Positions 1-12,026 of a DNA stretch of 47,619 nucleotides are shown piece after piece; positions within the stretch are counted from its first letter, which is position 1; every line of letters begins with the position of its first letter. The position numbers and the translations under genes were made by a program. Source of the stretch: Catajapyx aquilonaris (Eukaryota); assembly GCA_000934665.2 (NCBI GenBank), contig KZ538783.1, positions 1 to 47,619 on the forward strand, in the 5' to 3' direction. A model generated the notes under the pieces. That model was not told the DNA's origin. It worked only from the letters and a program-made list of their open reading frames with translations, and ran no database searches.

Positions 1-1055
1 CTTATTGATCTCTTAGCAACGACCTGCTTATAAACAAGCAGCTTGTTGATTTTTCCAATAACTGTTGGTGCCACAGAGTTGGATCACCCTGTATATTTGC
101 CTATATTAAATAGGTATGTTCAGAAAAAAAATAGTTCATAGCATAGTCCAGAGCTGATACAATAATTTTATGCCCAATGTGATCTCTTTATACATAAATG
201 TAATTTAAGTATAGGAGTAACAACTGGGGCTATATTGTCATTTGCGAAATGTGTAGCTTTCTTTTACATGAGACGGAATCTCTGCAGAAAAATAATTTTT
301 CTGCTAGGCAATAATGCACTCATCACTTACTTTGTCAAGTTATTGGAAGCAAGCACATTTCTCGCAAGAATTATGTTTTTGCCCGTAGCAAAATAGTGCC
401 ATATTTGGATTAAAATTTGCATGCACATTCGCTCAGAGAAACAATATTAACTTCAGCGCATATGTGACATATTTAGCAGGTTTTTCCAAGTATAATAATT
501 CTTCCTACATAGTTTCCCTTAGAGAAATTGCCGTGTTTTCTGCAAACTATTGAATATGTAATACTGTTAAACTGTAAGGCAAGTCGCTGTTGTGACCGAA
601 AAGCACGCGAAATGGGCATATCAGGCCTATGCAACCGTTGAAACTGACTGAGTAACGTTGGGTGGCATGGCAGTAGTGGGAAAAAGTAATAATAATTCTT
701 GATTGTTAAGTGACATCTAATTCGCATGATAAGTATAGCTTGCTTAATTATTATCTACAAGTTGTATAGTAACGGAAAGTTAAAAAAATTATCTTATTGA
801 TCAAATTTCAAACGTAATATTATGTGCATTCGGCTTCTTTTCAATTTAAAATCCTACACGTGGCTTTTGTATGATAGTTATATTTGACTAAGTCACATTA
901 CATTGTGTGCGATTGTTATAATCTTACTAACTTCGTAATATCCTGACATCTAGCATGGCTGTGATAAGCGCTGATGTTTTTGTCAATCATGACTCTAGAG
1001 TTAAAGCATGTAGGCCTAATGAATGCTCGAATCCTAAAATAGTAACAGTTCAGTA

Positions 1056-1133
<78 letters not shown>
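1056..1133. repeat. (AAT)26 microsatellite
   Basis: Direct reading. Confidence 0.97.
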
Positions 1134-1574
1134 TCAAGTAGCAAGGAAGGATTCTCCGAAGATTATGTGCCATTCGTGGTGAAACCAGACGTTGCATTGT
1201 CTTAAGTCTTGTACGATTACGGACAGGATGATTAGTTACAAGTTAGTTCTTTTCAGGTGTATAACTTATTTATGACAGGAAAGGAATACCCGTCACGGAG
1301 AAAAGCTCATCAGCTAAGATTTCTGGAGATTGTAATATGTGCGGACCTGCAATCGTATATGCTGCGTGTGTGTATATAGGTATAGTTCTATTTCAAGTGC
1401 ACCACAAGATAGCAATTGCAAATATACACGTACGTCTCTCTTAATCTCGATTGCATTAGAAATGAATCGATTACGCTCATTATAATAAAATTCAAATGCT
1501 ACACTCAAATTAAGCTTAAATGGAACTTTCACGCAAATGTTTCTGTTTCAGCTTTTGAATATCAACCTATAATC

Positions 1575-3426
1575 ATGGAAGAGACTACCAACGAAACCCA
1601 GATATCGTTAGTACTGTACAATTATTATGTATGGTACCTACCAGATGTGTGCAGTGTATGTGCATTCCAGGAGAAGAAACACGGACGTGGTGACACCCCA
1701 ACTGAGAAAACGTGGCATTGGAAGGCTGAAAAGAGATCAAATAATATGGAGAGTTGTAAATGGAGTTATGGCTGTGTTTTTCGTTCTAGCAGCTTCAGTT
1801 CAAGTAAGTTAAAACATCTGAATAAAACTTCAAACTAATTCCATAAATACTATTTCAGATCAATGATCCTGATCCGTACCTGTGGGTGGTAAGTAAAATA
1901 ATTCTAGTAAATGACTAGTTGGAATGAAGTTTTCCATTTTCAGCCGATATACATCGTTCCTGCTGCCCTAGACTGTGCTATAGCCACACGCATAATGTGG
2001 GCAGGTAAGATCATATCGTCAATATGGTTATGATCAGTAGAACCAACGACATTTAAAACGTTGCATCTGTCATCATTTATTTTGTATTCAAGATTTTTCC
2101 AATAATGCAAGATTCTTATGACAATATGTTCATAGAAGATAAAATAATTTAAAATATGGCTCGAGCCAATAAAAGTATCTTAGTGTCTACAAAGGGCTTG
2201 GTGGAGAGCCAAAATTGGTTCCGACCCTTGCACATCAGGGTTCTGTCCGGCAAGGGGTATAGGCTAACTATTATAGTATATCATCACCAACATCATTATA
2301 GTTTGAATGAGACAGTCATGTGGGTCCACTCTGTTGACATCAACGTTGCTAGATTTTTGGAACATAATATATATTATCTATTCTTTTCTATCACAGAATC
2401 ACGAAGACATGTTATGTCAGTTCTCCCTTTCTCTAAAGGCTAAACGATGCCATTACCGACTATTTAAAAGATTAAACTAATAATGGTGCTAGGGTGAAGT
2501 GGGGGAAGTGCACACCCGGGGTAAGTGCACATATTGTGCCGCCATATTGGAATGAAAATGGCAGCCATTTTCATTCCAATATGGCGGCACAATATGTGCA
2601 CTTACCCCGGGTGTGCACTTCCCCCACTTCACCCTATATGATTTCATACTGCAGCAAATCTTTGCTTAACACACACGGTCCGTAATAATTATGAACATAA
2701 CAGTGTTATTGGCCACATTAGGATCCAAATGAGTCAAAAATGATTTGCCAAATTCATTACATTTGTTATACGGGTGAGTCTCAAGAATGCTAATATATTA
2801 TTGCTTTTGATGAGTTCCACTACTCGCAAAAAAATTCATATTCGGCATGTTTACATAACTTAATATGAAATAGTAGGATGCTGTCCCACTGCGATGTCGC
2901 GACAGTTTCTGCCTATTCTTTACAGAACACTGGCTGTGGCGATTAGCATGTATGGCACACGTATGTTGCTGTTTCATGTTCACCTCCTTCATGCTGATTC
3001 GTCACATGATCTACGACTTCGAGATGAGACAGTATGATTTGATGCTACTTCACCACGAAGAAGGAAGGTTGGTTTAAGACACAACTTTAGTGTCCAGTTT
3101 GGTGTTGCAACTATCCGAAATTTATTACAGGGAAGTGATGGGCCTGGTGGTCATCATGGGTTGGCTCATGTTGTGTCATCATATTCATCGACGTCATTTC
3201 CGGTACGTGATCCATACAAAGTAGATATTTACACCTGACATATGGGGTGATCATGACTGACTTATTTTCTGTCTTTAGAGAGACCAACACTTCACCTTTG
3301 TCGACATACACGACCATCGTTGTGATCGGAATGGCTTCCCTGCCCTTTTTACTGTGGGTGATTTTGGAGATTGGGGACTTGGGGGGAGCATCACCACACC
3401 AAACCTGCGTGACCAAGCAATTCTGA
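1575..3426 (+). CDS. TMEM220: Transmembrane protein 220 homolog, complete spliced CDS (7 exons, 618 nt, 205 aa)
   Basis: Exons 1575-1606, 1671-1803, 1859-1888, 1944-2004, 2926-3067, 3131-3202, 3279-3426; all introns GT-AG with matching phases. Translation includes WRVVNGVMAVFFVLAASVQ|INDPDPYLWV|PIYIVPAAL...LHHEEGR|EVMGLVVIMGWLMLCH...LPFLLWV...HQTCVTKQF*, matching recalled TMEM220 motifs (FFxLAAxVQxNDPD, HEEGRExxGL). Start Met at 1575 is inferred. Confidence 0.92.
2490..2636. mobile_element. Perfect 147-bp palindromic MITE (TA-flanked, Tc1/mariner/pogo-like) in TMEM220 intron 4
   Basis: 73-bp arms TAGGGTGAAGTGGGGGAAGTGCAC...ATGGC are exact reverse complements around a single A at 2563; TA at both ends. 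Confidence 0.9.
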
Positions 3427-3680
3427 TTCAGCTAAAATGCAGCTATGGCACTCGTACTTCAAATTTGCCAATTTGCTTTGCTACTTTTTTCCTCGTCCTT
3501 TTTGGGTCGTAATTGTAAATATCTGACCGAAACTTGATATTGTCTTTCAACTCTCCTTTCGACTGATGTTGCACATTCAACAATAATAATAGCATGTCCT
3601 TAAAATGTAGAGTACTTTAACTAGCTTCTGTCAAAAGCGAGAGAGAATCTAAAAGCACAAGTGTTGTACTGATTAATGTA

Positions 3681-3751
3681 CTGCAGAATGGCCCACAAAG
3701 CCCCGCAGGTAAATAAAGCTTATTATTATTATATTATTATTATTATTATTA
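3681..3751 (+). mobile_element. Extremely 5'-truncated retroposon tail with TSD
   Basis: ...ccccgcaggtaaataaa plus (TTA)n, flanked by tactgattaatg at 3667-3678 and 3752-3763. Confidence 0.75.
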
Positions 3752-3786
3752 TACTGATTAATGCATAGTTTAAACACCTTGAGTCA

Positions 3787-3882
3787 AATTTTCGTCTCAC
3801 TGATAGTTACTGCTAACTTAGCAGTACCAGTGTTGGCAGTGGTACTGCTAAGTTAGCAGTAACTATCAGTGGGACGAAAATT
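3787..3882. repeat. Inverted repeat / small foldback MITE remnant
   Basis: 43-bp arms 3787-3829 and 3840-3882 with 1 mismatch and a 10-nt loop; each arm contains an internal TACTGCTAA-x-TTAGCAGTA palindrome. Confidence 0.85.
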
Positions 3883-4244
3883 CCACCCCTTGCTTATCAG
3901 CGCGGAGATTGTAGTTGGAAAAGTGATGTTTTTCTGAGGTGTTCTATTTCCTATATGAAAATCGAGTAGATTTCTAGCCACTCCTTACTGACAGTCCTCT
4001 GCCAGCTGGAAAACAAGATAAGGTAATAGACCTCCGGAGTGAACTGTTATCTGTCAACTGAGGATTTTTGTCCATGCCCTCCATAGCTGCCAAAGGTATA
4101 GAGATAACTAAGAATGAGCCTAATAAACAGGCTATACTAACTGACTTTAGTTATCAGTTTGGCACTACTTGGCTTATTAATAAGCATCTAACTTTCTAAC
4201 AGTTATGGCTAGGTCCAAAAAATATTCTCCTAGTATAGTGTCTA

Positions 4245-4523
4245 CAGGGTGTAAATCCTAAGCGTGTCACCAGAAAAGGTGGTGGTAGAGGGCGCAGGTG
4301 TGAGCATTTTTGCATAAGGAACTAGGGGTCTACCTGTCAAGCCCCCCTCACCCATTCCGCCGCGTGCCGCACGCCTCTTGCACACTGCCTGGGCCGCAAA
4401 CTTGAAAGAGGCGTAACTCGGTGAGGGTGCGTTTCCGACCCCTAGTTCCTTATCCAAAAATGCTCACACCTGCGCCCTCTATCACCATCTTTTTCTGGTG
4501 ACACGCTTAGGATTTACACCCTG
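4245..4523. mobile_element. Tc1/mariner-like MITE with ~85-bp TIRs
   Basis: TA|CAGGGTGTAAATCCTAAGCGTGTCACCAGAAAA... and ...TTTTCTGGTGACACGCTTAGGATTTACACCCTG|CA; arms pair through ggaactaggggtc/gacccctagttcc. Confidence 0.9.
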
Positions 4524-6127
4524 CATAAGCTCGAACTCATGCAGGGCGTGATTCGCGATATTTATCCCCGGACTGCTTATTTTGAGCAATAATTACTTTT
4601 GCAGGCTATCAAAGATATTAGCTGATTATATTTGGTTCAATAGAAATCATATCCGGAGCCCGGTTTTACATGGCCTCGGGGGAATATTTTCTGAAAGAGA
4701 GAAATAATGACCTAAATGTGCGGCATGTTTGCATCTCTCTATGATCACAAAGCACACAAGCTCGAGGTATAGGCTATTTGTTTATAGGCTACCTGATGAA
4801 GCCCCTATAAATACCAATGGGCGTCGCTTGGCCGCTTCCCTTCTAACAGGCTTCTTAATTCGCAATTTTGAGCTTACAAGACCACATTTGGTCTTCCCAT
4901 GTGTTCCAACCAGGGGAGTGATGTCATTCAATGCCAAAAAGTGAGCTTTTTAAAATGCATTGTACTCTTTTTCCGATTATGTGCGCGACAAACATTACTG
5001 CGTCTGCGCCAATCCGTCAGTGAGCAAATGAGCCTTTATACTGAAAATACAGCCAACGTCCTCCCCTCTCCCATGCAATTGATGAATTTGTGACATCGTG
5101 CTTGGGAGCTTGACAAACTGGTACAGTCCTGAAAAAAACTGCATTGTACCCCTGGCAAGCAGCGCAAATGCAACAGTTCCAAAGTAACTGCTTAAATATA
5201 GCTATGCAAGTTAAGGTCAAATATTTCCCAACCGCTATAAGTGCATTTCAATTATTTTAATACCCTTCCTTTCATTTCGGGGCTGGAGAGGTCATTTTTT
5301 ATGCAACCTGTTATTAGCAGCTCATTCTCGATGCCTTTTGTACAGTGTTGCAAAAATTGCCCTCCATTAATAGTAAAAATACACTTACGTAAGTTGAAGG
5401 ATTGCGATCACCGACGAAGGAATGCACAGGGTCTCCTCTAGTACCTCAGTCATCATAGCTCAGTCACTGTCTGAAGTCCTGCAGAACACCCGACAGTGCA
5501 TGATGACTCGCCCAAACCCATACTCTGCGTCTAATGTAGCCTATGCTCTCTTGAACTAATACATTGAACCTGGCATGTGTAAAAGGTTTGAATATTCTCT
5601 ATGGCACGACTCACATCAGTTAGCCAAAGCCGGAAAAAAAAATAGATTAGAGGGTCAAATGAGTAGCACCGCCTAGCGTGGTAGTACAGTATAATGGGAC
5701 AAATTACGGATTTTATATTAGACACTTTCCTGCTCTGTTGATATGCAGAACAAGTTTAATAAGCCGAAAACAATTATTGGGCAAAAAAGTGTAAACAGTC
5801 ACCAGCCTTATCAGTTATCACACAGGCCTGTAGCTGTATCCTATACTGTACCACTGGGTGACTATGCTGCCGTGCTGGGGTGAAATTGTGCCACAACCGT
5901 TCTTGCTCATATTATTTTTAAAAAAATTGCTCCTTTTCACTGATGTATCAGGAACTAAAGAGTGCCTGGTTCACTAACCCCTTCGCTACCAGCTAGGCCG
6001 AAAACGCCTAGATTTTAGCTTACGCGTACTTTGAAGATACGGAGAAGATATTTTACAAATAATGTGGTGCTCCAGGTTCAACCTACCAGCATACCAGTAG
6101 TTATTGGCTGAATATATTCTTCTTCTT

Positions 6128-6175
6128 CTTCATCGGATATTTTCTTCATCGGATATTTTCTTCATCGGATATTTT
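6128..6175. repeat. Three perfect tandem copies of a 16-bp unit
   Basis: cttcatcggatatttt x3. Confidence 0.92.
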
Positions 6176-7670
6176 CGGCATAGAAGGTAACCTTTGACCT
6201 TTGAGGTCACACAGTATTGTACAAGTAGGCCTACCTATATTTCCCGTGGCTGATTGTACATGTCACCTAAATGTTGTGCACTGATAAAGAGTGGTTCTAC
6301 TTACTTGGTTATGTGAATTCACAAAATATCGATGTTTGTGCAGGTATGAATACTCAGCAATGATAACACCGCATGCACTACACGAGGAACAGATTCAGCA
6401 CCGTCTGATTTTTTTCCCCCTATATGGCGTCTTACTTGTAACCTCTCATGTGTGTTTTACTGGTGTAGACTCACAACCCTGTGGGGTCAGAGGATGACCT
6501 AGTGCTAGTACGACCATCCATGAGACATTACAACATATAGGAGTGGAAATTTTTTTAAACTTTAGGATGTCAAGGTTACGTAAAGTAGTAATCTACGCAC
6601 ACCTACAACTGCAGCGACTACAGCCATACCGTGGAAACAAAAGGTCTTTCGTGAGTAGTTTTATGATCTAATTTTTGTGGATTTATATGGTGAAGTTTGG
6701 TTGTTGATGTTAATGCTACAGTTCGCTTGCTTGTTAGTAAGGTGTGAATGTGTTTGTGGATGTATTGTGAGTTTCTTTGCAGTTAGCGGTGTGTCTGTTT
6801 GAAATGAATGTAGAAAATATGTTCGTCCAAATGGCAGCTGTAGATTAAATTTTCAGCTTTAAAAATGACATACTTAAAAGTATAAGCGATCCACCCAGAG
6901 GGATCTAAGGTAAATTTTGTTCCACACTACATACAATAATAAGCCATATGTTAGTTTTGCTAGTATTTTAGAGACTTCTGACATAATTGTGCTTGCTTAG
7001 AAAAGAAGGCTTGCGACTGTAGGCTGCTGGTCACAGTATAATCCAAACCATTTTTATGTCTTACCTAAATTATGATGGTGTGACCCTTGTGCGATTTGCA
7101 TCTGCTTAGGATGGCAAAAAAAAACCTCTCCCCATAACAACTTTCAGAAGTCCAAAACATATTCTGCCTGGTTTTGGATAAGTTAATTATTTTTGAGTAG
7201 AGTTCTTAGCTTATGATATCGGCCTATGAAAATCTAACTTATAGAGGCCTAAATTCGGTCGTTTTGAGACATGAACACAAAGATGGGAAGATAACTCTTC
7301 GAATGAAATGAACTCTTGGAATATGGGCGTCCTGCACTTTCACCTCTTCGTCAGAGGTGTCAGAAACATTTTTTCATACGTCGCTAAAATATTAAACTGG
7401 CTATTATGCACAACTATGTAATTTTTATACTAGTTTGATCTCTAATCTGCACATGTCACAACACTATAGTGAGGTAATTAAGATAACAGCAACAATATAA
7501 AACCGCAGATGACATGTCAGAGTAAACATCATAACGTTAAGTACAGCTATACAGTAACAATCATTCTTCTGACGCGGATATTGCTTCCATGCACATAGTG
7601 TACACTGACGTGTACACTCTTCAATGATACAACCAGACAAAACAAAGTAGGAAAGGTGTTCTTCAAGCAA

Positions 7671-9304
7671 CTATCTGCTGGCTTTCTCTGGCCACACCAC
7701 ACTTTCTATCCATTCCACATACGGACTGACTTTGGTGTAAACACCAGGAGCTCTGGATCCGCAATATAGCCCAAACGATGTGACTCCTACGATTTCGTAG
7801 TAGCAAAAAGTATCGCCGATCACATGCAACGGCCCTCCAGAGTCTCCCTGAAAGTGAAGAAAACAATTAAAAACATTAACGTGAATTAATTGCAATTGGA
7901 ATGAGATGTAGGCCCTATATGACATACCTTTTTCTACAAGATTCAAATCATGTTCAGCCTATACACTAATTCTCTTTGACTCGTTCAAGAAATAATATTT
8001 ATTAGGGCATTAATCGCATTATGAAAGTTGCCTAATTCGAGTCAAAAATATGAACACATTCCATCATTACCCTCTACAAGTCTACAAGGACTTCACTGAA
8101 AACCAGTGATAGCTCTGTTCCAAGGCTTGTGAATATGGTATGTGTGGTATGGTATACAATACATTATGAGAAGATTATGACGTCCCCACCACTGTACATT
8201 CAACTTGGAGCAGAGATATCACTAGAATTCAAGTGAAGTCGTTGGAGCCACTAATGATGAAGTGTCTTCATCTTTCTTACCATGATACCATGGTGCATTT
8301 TAACATTTTCATCCAGTGTGAACATTAGATGGTACACTTCCCATGCCCCAGTTCAAGAGAGAGATACAGGAAGAATGTTTACTCCAGCAACGATCACAGG
8401 TAAATAGGGCCCTGATTGTTGCTTCTGACGAGTTCTTCTCTTTGGACTGGTTGTTGTACCAAACCCATACCTTAATCCCTTCTCTGCACCTTGAACATAA
8501 ACAGAACATGGGACATGGGCAGTGCACCACCCTGTATCATCAACTGCAACGTAACATTCACCCTCGCATTCACTTCCATGTCACATTATGCTCGTACTTG
8601 TAAACTTATACAATATTACTACCGAAAAATGTCCCTATATACCTGGCAGGTATCCTTGCCAATCTTATCTCCTGCACACATCATCCCTGGTCGTATTCCA
8701 TCCGGTAGTTCAGGAACCTTCACATTGCCGTATATGTCGTTGCACTGCTCATTCGGTATCACCTTTAACCCCACCTTCTGAAGGACATCGCTTCTTTTTC
8801 CCCCTGCAAATACACATCAAATAAATGGGTCATATCAGTCTAGGTCAACTTCAGGGCTTACATACCAAACGACGTGTGTCCCCAGCCGGTGGCCGTAACC
8901 CTATAGACGTCATCACTGTTAATTCGAAGGCAAGCTGGCTTGATAGTCGAAGAAGACAAGCTGACGTTACGAGCCAACTCGAGCAACGCGATGTCGTGGT
9001 ACTTGGCAGGCGGACGGTAATCCGGATGCGGAATGCGTCGAGCCACTGCCACATCGAAGTGCTTGTCGTCGTTGTCTGCGAACGACCATTCGCCCAGCCT
9101 CACCAGTTCGACGGGTCCGACTTTTCTACGAAAGAAGCACGATTTGTCCAGGTGATGGAATGCGCCTACAGAGAACACACTTTGTACCCAATTTGTAAGC
9201 AATGAGCTGCTGTCAGCACGTAGGATTCGCTGATCAGTGCACCTCCGCAGTTCCAACGTATTTGTCCGCCATCTCGGTACCCCAAAGCAGCCTATAAATA
9301 GCAT

Positions 9305-9371
<67 letters not shown>

Positions 9372-11946
9372 TATTAAACGCAATATCTTCGTAATTTTTG
9401 ATGGAAGACTGTGGTAGTCCAATAAAAGGAGGAATGTGCCAGACTTTACCATATGAGAGAACTCATTTTCCATGGCGTTATGTCCTCCAACTACGAATGG
9501 GTCGAATTTTGCGCATTCCTTCTTCTCCGTCTGAGCTGGGAAATTGGGAAGCAAAGGTCTCAGTGGAACTTCATTTGACGTGTTGCTGTACTCCCGACAT
9601 TCTGAAACAAATCATTTTGGCATGTTGGAGGTTACAGGAGGCATAACTTATGGTCGGTTGGTTTACAATCACCGTGTCCCAACTCCTCCAGCCGCATCCC
9701 TATTGGGTTATTTATAATTTATTATATAAAATATTATATGACACGGATGAACTATACATATAGGTATATCGATGTAGGCCCAGCTTGTCTATGGCTTATA
9801 AGACGCGAACCAATAATGGCTGGCCGCTACAATCTGCGGTAAACCATCAGAGCACGGTGCCTGGAAGGTTAGTATTCTCGAGGTTTTATCTTGGAAGCTG
9901 GATAGCAAATAATCTTCAATTGGCTCACCGAACATCGCCACTTTAAGGGCAAGACTCACGCACATTTTATTACACTCACATAACTACCTCCGATCTTATA
10001 CTACAGACTTCATGCAAATGACCAGATATTAGAAAAGTTTGAACTAAACTGCCTTCTATTCCAATATAGGCTACAGTAGCATACTCCACAAATAGTTTAG
10101 GTAAAAATGTTAGCCTCAAACCCCGAAAACAGACATTGGGCGGTAAAAAAAAAAAAACCCGTCCAGAGTGCGGAATGCTCCATGTCAAACCATCCATTCC
10201 GCGGAGTGGTCGTTTTCAAAACGGCCAGACCCCGAAATTCGCTTTAAAAAAGGCCAGGACGCTTTCTGGACTGAACGAAAGTGTCAGGAAGCGAATTTCG
10301 TGTCCAAATGGCTGGTTTAGACAACGCCCATGACATATGCCAGTTTCTTGTTTCCCACTACTCCAAGTATAGATGGTGGAAATAAATCACCTTATAGTTG
10401 TTTGACACAAATATATTGGTTAAATTCTTAACATTTGATGATCTTGTCACATCGTTTTCCAGGAACTATTACCTTCAATATAATTAGGCTATTATTTTGT
10501 TATTACAGGCACTGTTAGAGTGACACTTAGAATTACATTTAGTATTACTTGAACTACATTTACATTATTTTTCTTATCAATATAGAGTACCTTTTGCAAC
10601 TGCAACTTACGAATCCCTGCTGATGACCTGAATTTAAAGCCGGCTGAATCCGATCGAAGAGATACAGAACTGGAAGGAACTTGGTTCAGATCTTTAAAAA
10701 ATTTGAAACAGCAGCAGTTGTGAACACACTGCAAGCATACAGCCTCTCCTAAAATATCTTCTTTGGTGCCCAAATTCTGCTAGAGCTCAGAGGCACTAAC
10801 GTAACCTATTACAATCGAAATATTACTATAGGAGCCAAACATCCTCGATGAGCTTCAGATTTAAATTCAGATACAGTAGTAAGCAGTGATACGTAAGTTG
10901 AATTTGTAAAAGGTACTGCATTGATAAGAATAATGTAAATGTCGTTCAAGTAATATTACATGTAAGTGCCATTCTAACAGTGCCTGTAAGAACAAATACC
11001 CTAATATATATTATTGAAGGTAACAGTTCCTGAAAAAGACCCACAGGTAATAATGGTAATAAACCGAAGCAGGTTGGTGTAGGAGATAAGGAGCCCGCCT
11101 GCTAATCGGGAGGTCCTGGGTTCGAATCCCGGGGCCGGCGACCCTGATCATGGTTTTCTGTGGTTTTCCATGGTCCCCTCCAGGACAATTCCGGGGTCGT
11201 TTCCGTAAAAATAGGCCACAGCCGCTTCCTTCCTTCCCTATCCCTGGTCCCATCCAATGGTGGTAATCCACCCCCCTAAGGGAGCCAACGGCTCTAGCAC
11301 GGGGTATGATAAATAAATAAATAAATAAATAATGGTAATAAATACGAGTATTCGGAGGTAACAGTATATGGAATAAGATATCCAAGTAATAATGTTAATA
11401 AACAGGATCATTAAATATTAAATGCTAAGTTTTTCACCAATTTTCCAAATAACAATAAGGTGACTATTTCCAGCATCTGTAGCCTACTTGGCGTAGTGGG
11501 AAACAAGAAACTGCCACAACATGTCATGGGCGTTTTCTAAACCAGCCATCACGACACGAAATTCGCGTCCTGACATTTTGTTGAGTCCAGAAAGCGTTCT
11601 GACCTTTTTTAAAAAAGAGAATTTCAGGGTCTGGATGTTTTATAACGCCCATTCCGCGGTCTGGACGGGTTTTTTTTCGCCCAATGGCCGTTTTCGGGGT
11701 TTGAGCCTAACATAAACACTGCCACAGTACTTGTCTGACTGATCCTCTCCGATTTGGCACTTGGTTCATTTCCGAAGTTTCTGTCCACCACAGCTGACTT
11801 GGGGCAGCAAGTGATGGGTACCAAGTCCTGGTATCCGCACACGTTGGGATGCACACCCCGTTGGATGTCCTCGTAGAAAGCAGGACATGATTGAGGCATT
11901 ACACATGTTCCTTGCTCTCCATGAGCCAAATTGCACGACTCGCCCA
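7671..11946 (-). CDS. Clip-domain serine protease, snake/persephone/HP21-like (CLIPC); 5' (signal peptide) exon unresolved
   Basis: Exons (minus) 11946-11731, 9601-9450, 9291-9188, 9125-8866, 8803-8643, 7847-7671 with consistent phases. Clip domain C-x9-C-x5-C-x15-C-x9-CC; linker SQTKCREYS; activation site FDPF|VVGG; catalytic TAAHC, DIALL, GDSGGP; S1 Asp (KDTCQ), SFG and PGVYT indicate trypsin-like specificity; C-terminus WIESVVWP typical of snake-like proteases. Confidence 0.93.
9308..9369. repeat. (ATT)~20 microsatellite in a protease intron
   Basis: Direct reading; ends about 16 nt from the 9291 acceptor. Confidence 0.95.
10113..11707. mobile_element. ~1.6-kb foldback non-autonomous DNA transposon carrying a nested SINE
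   Basis: Outer arms 10113-10369 and 11485-11707 (ctcaaaccccgaaaac/gttttcggggtttgag; cagtttcttgtttcccactac/gtagtgggaaacaagaaactg); inner arms about 10455-10640 and 10860-11038 (tacaggcactgttaga/tctaacagtgcctgta); TA flanks. Confidence 0.85.
11064..11327 (+). mobile_element. Full-length tRNA-derived SINE with 15-bp TSD
   Basis: A box TGGTGTAGGAG, B box GGTTCGAATCC (11119-11129), body ggttttctgtggttttcc...taggccacagccgcttccttcc, (TAAA)n tail; TSD aataatggtaataaa at 11049-11063 and 11328-11342. Body resembles Lm1/Talua-type insect SINEs (recalled, unverified). Confidence 0.92.
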
Positions 11947-11950
11947 CTGC

Positions 11951-12025
<75 letters not shown>
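11951..12025. repeat. (AAT)25 microsatellite abutting the clip exon acceptor
   Basis: Direct reading. Confidence 0.97.

Positions 12026-12026
<1 letters not shown>

Noticed and set aside
916..1197. Poly-Tyr ORF (also the poly-Tyr ORF 11766-12134 and plus-strand poly-Ile ORF 11931-12188)
   Set aside because: Stop-free frames through AAT microsatellites with no other coding signal.
1416..1838. 140-aa ORF
   Set aside because: Only METT-region codons 1575-1606 are in the real frame; the rest reads through an intron and out of frame over the TMEM220 exon.
4793..4826. Hammerhead-ribozyme-like CTGATGA followed by a gccc...gggc stem
   Set aside because: The essential GAAA after stem II is absent (GTCG) and no stem I/III could be built.
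5975..6015. piggyBac-like left end (taaccccttcgctacc)
   Set aside because: No matching right end or TTAA TSD found.
6128..6175. Short direct repeats as a CRISPR-like array (also 38312-38392)
   Set aside because: Head-to-tail units with no unique spacers, no cas genes, eukaryotic context.
8309..8603. Nested gene in the last protease intron
   Set aside because: Short ORFs on both strands with no recognisable motif or coherent splice sites.
11064..11140. Functional tRNA gene
   Set aside because: It is the head of a SINE with body, tail, TSD and a second copy in the window.
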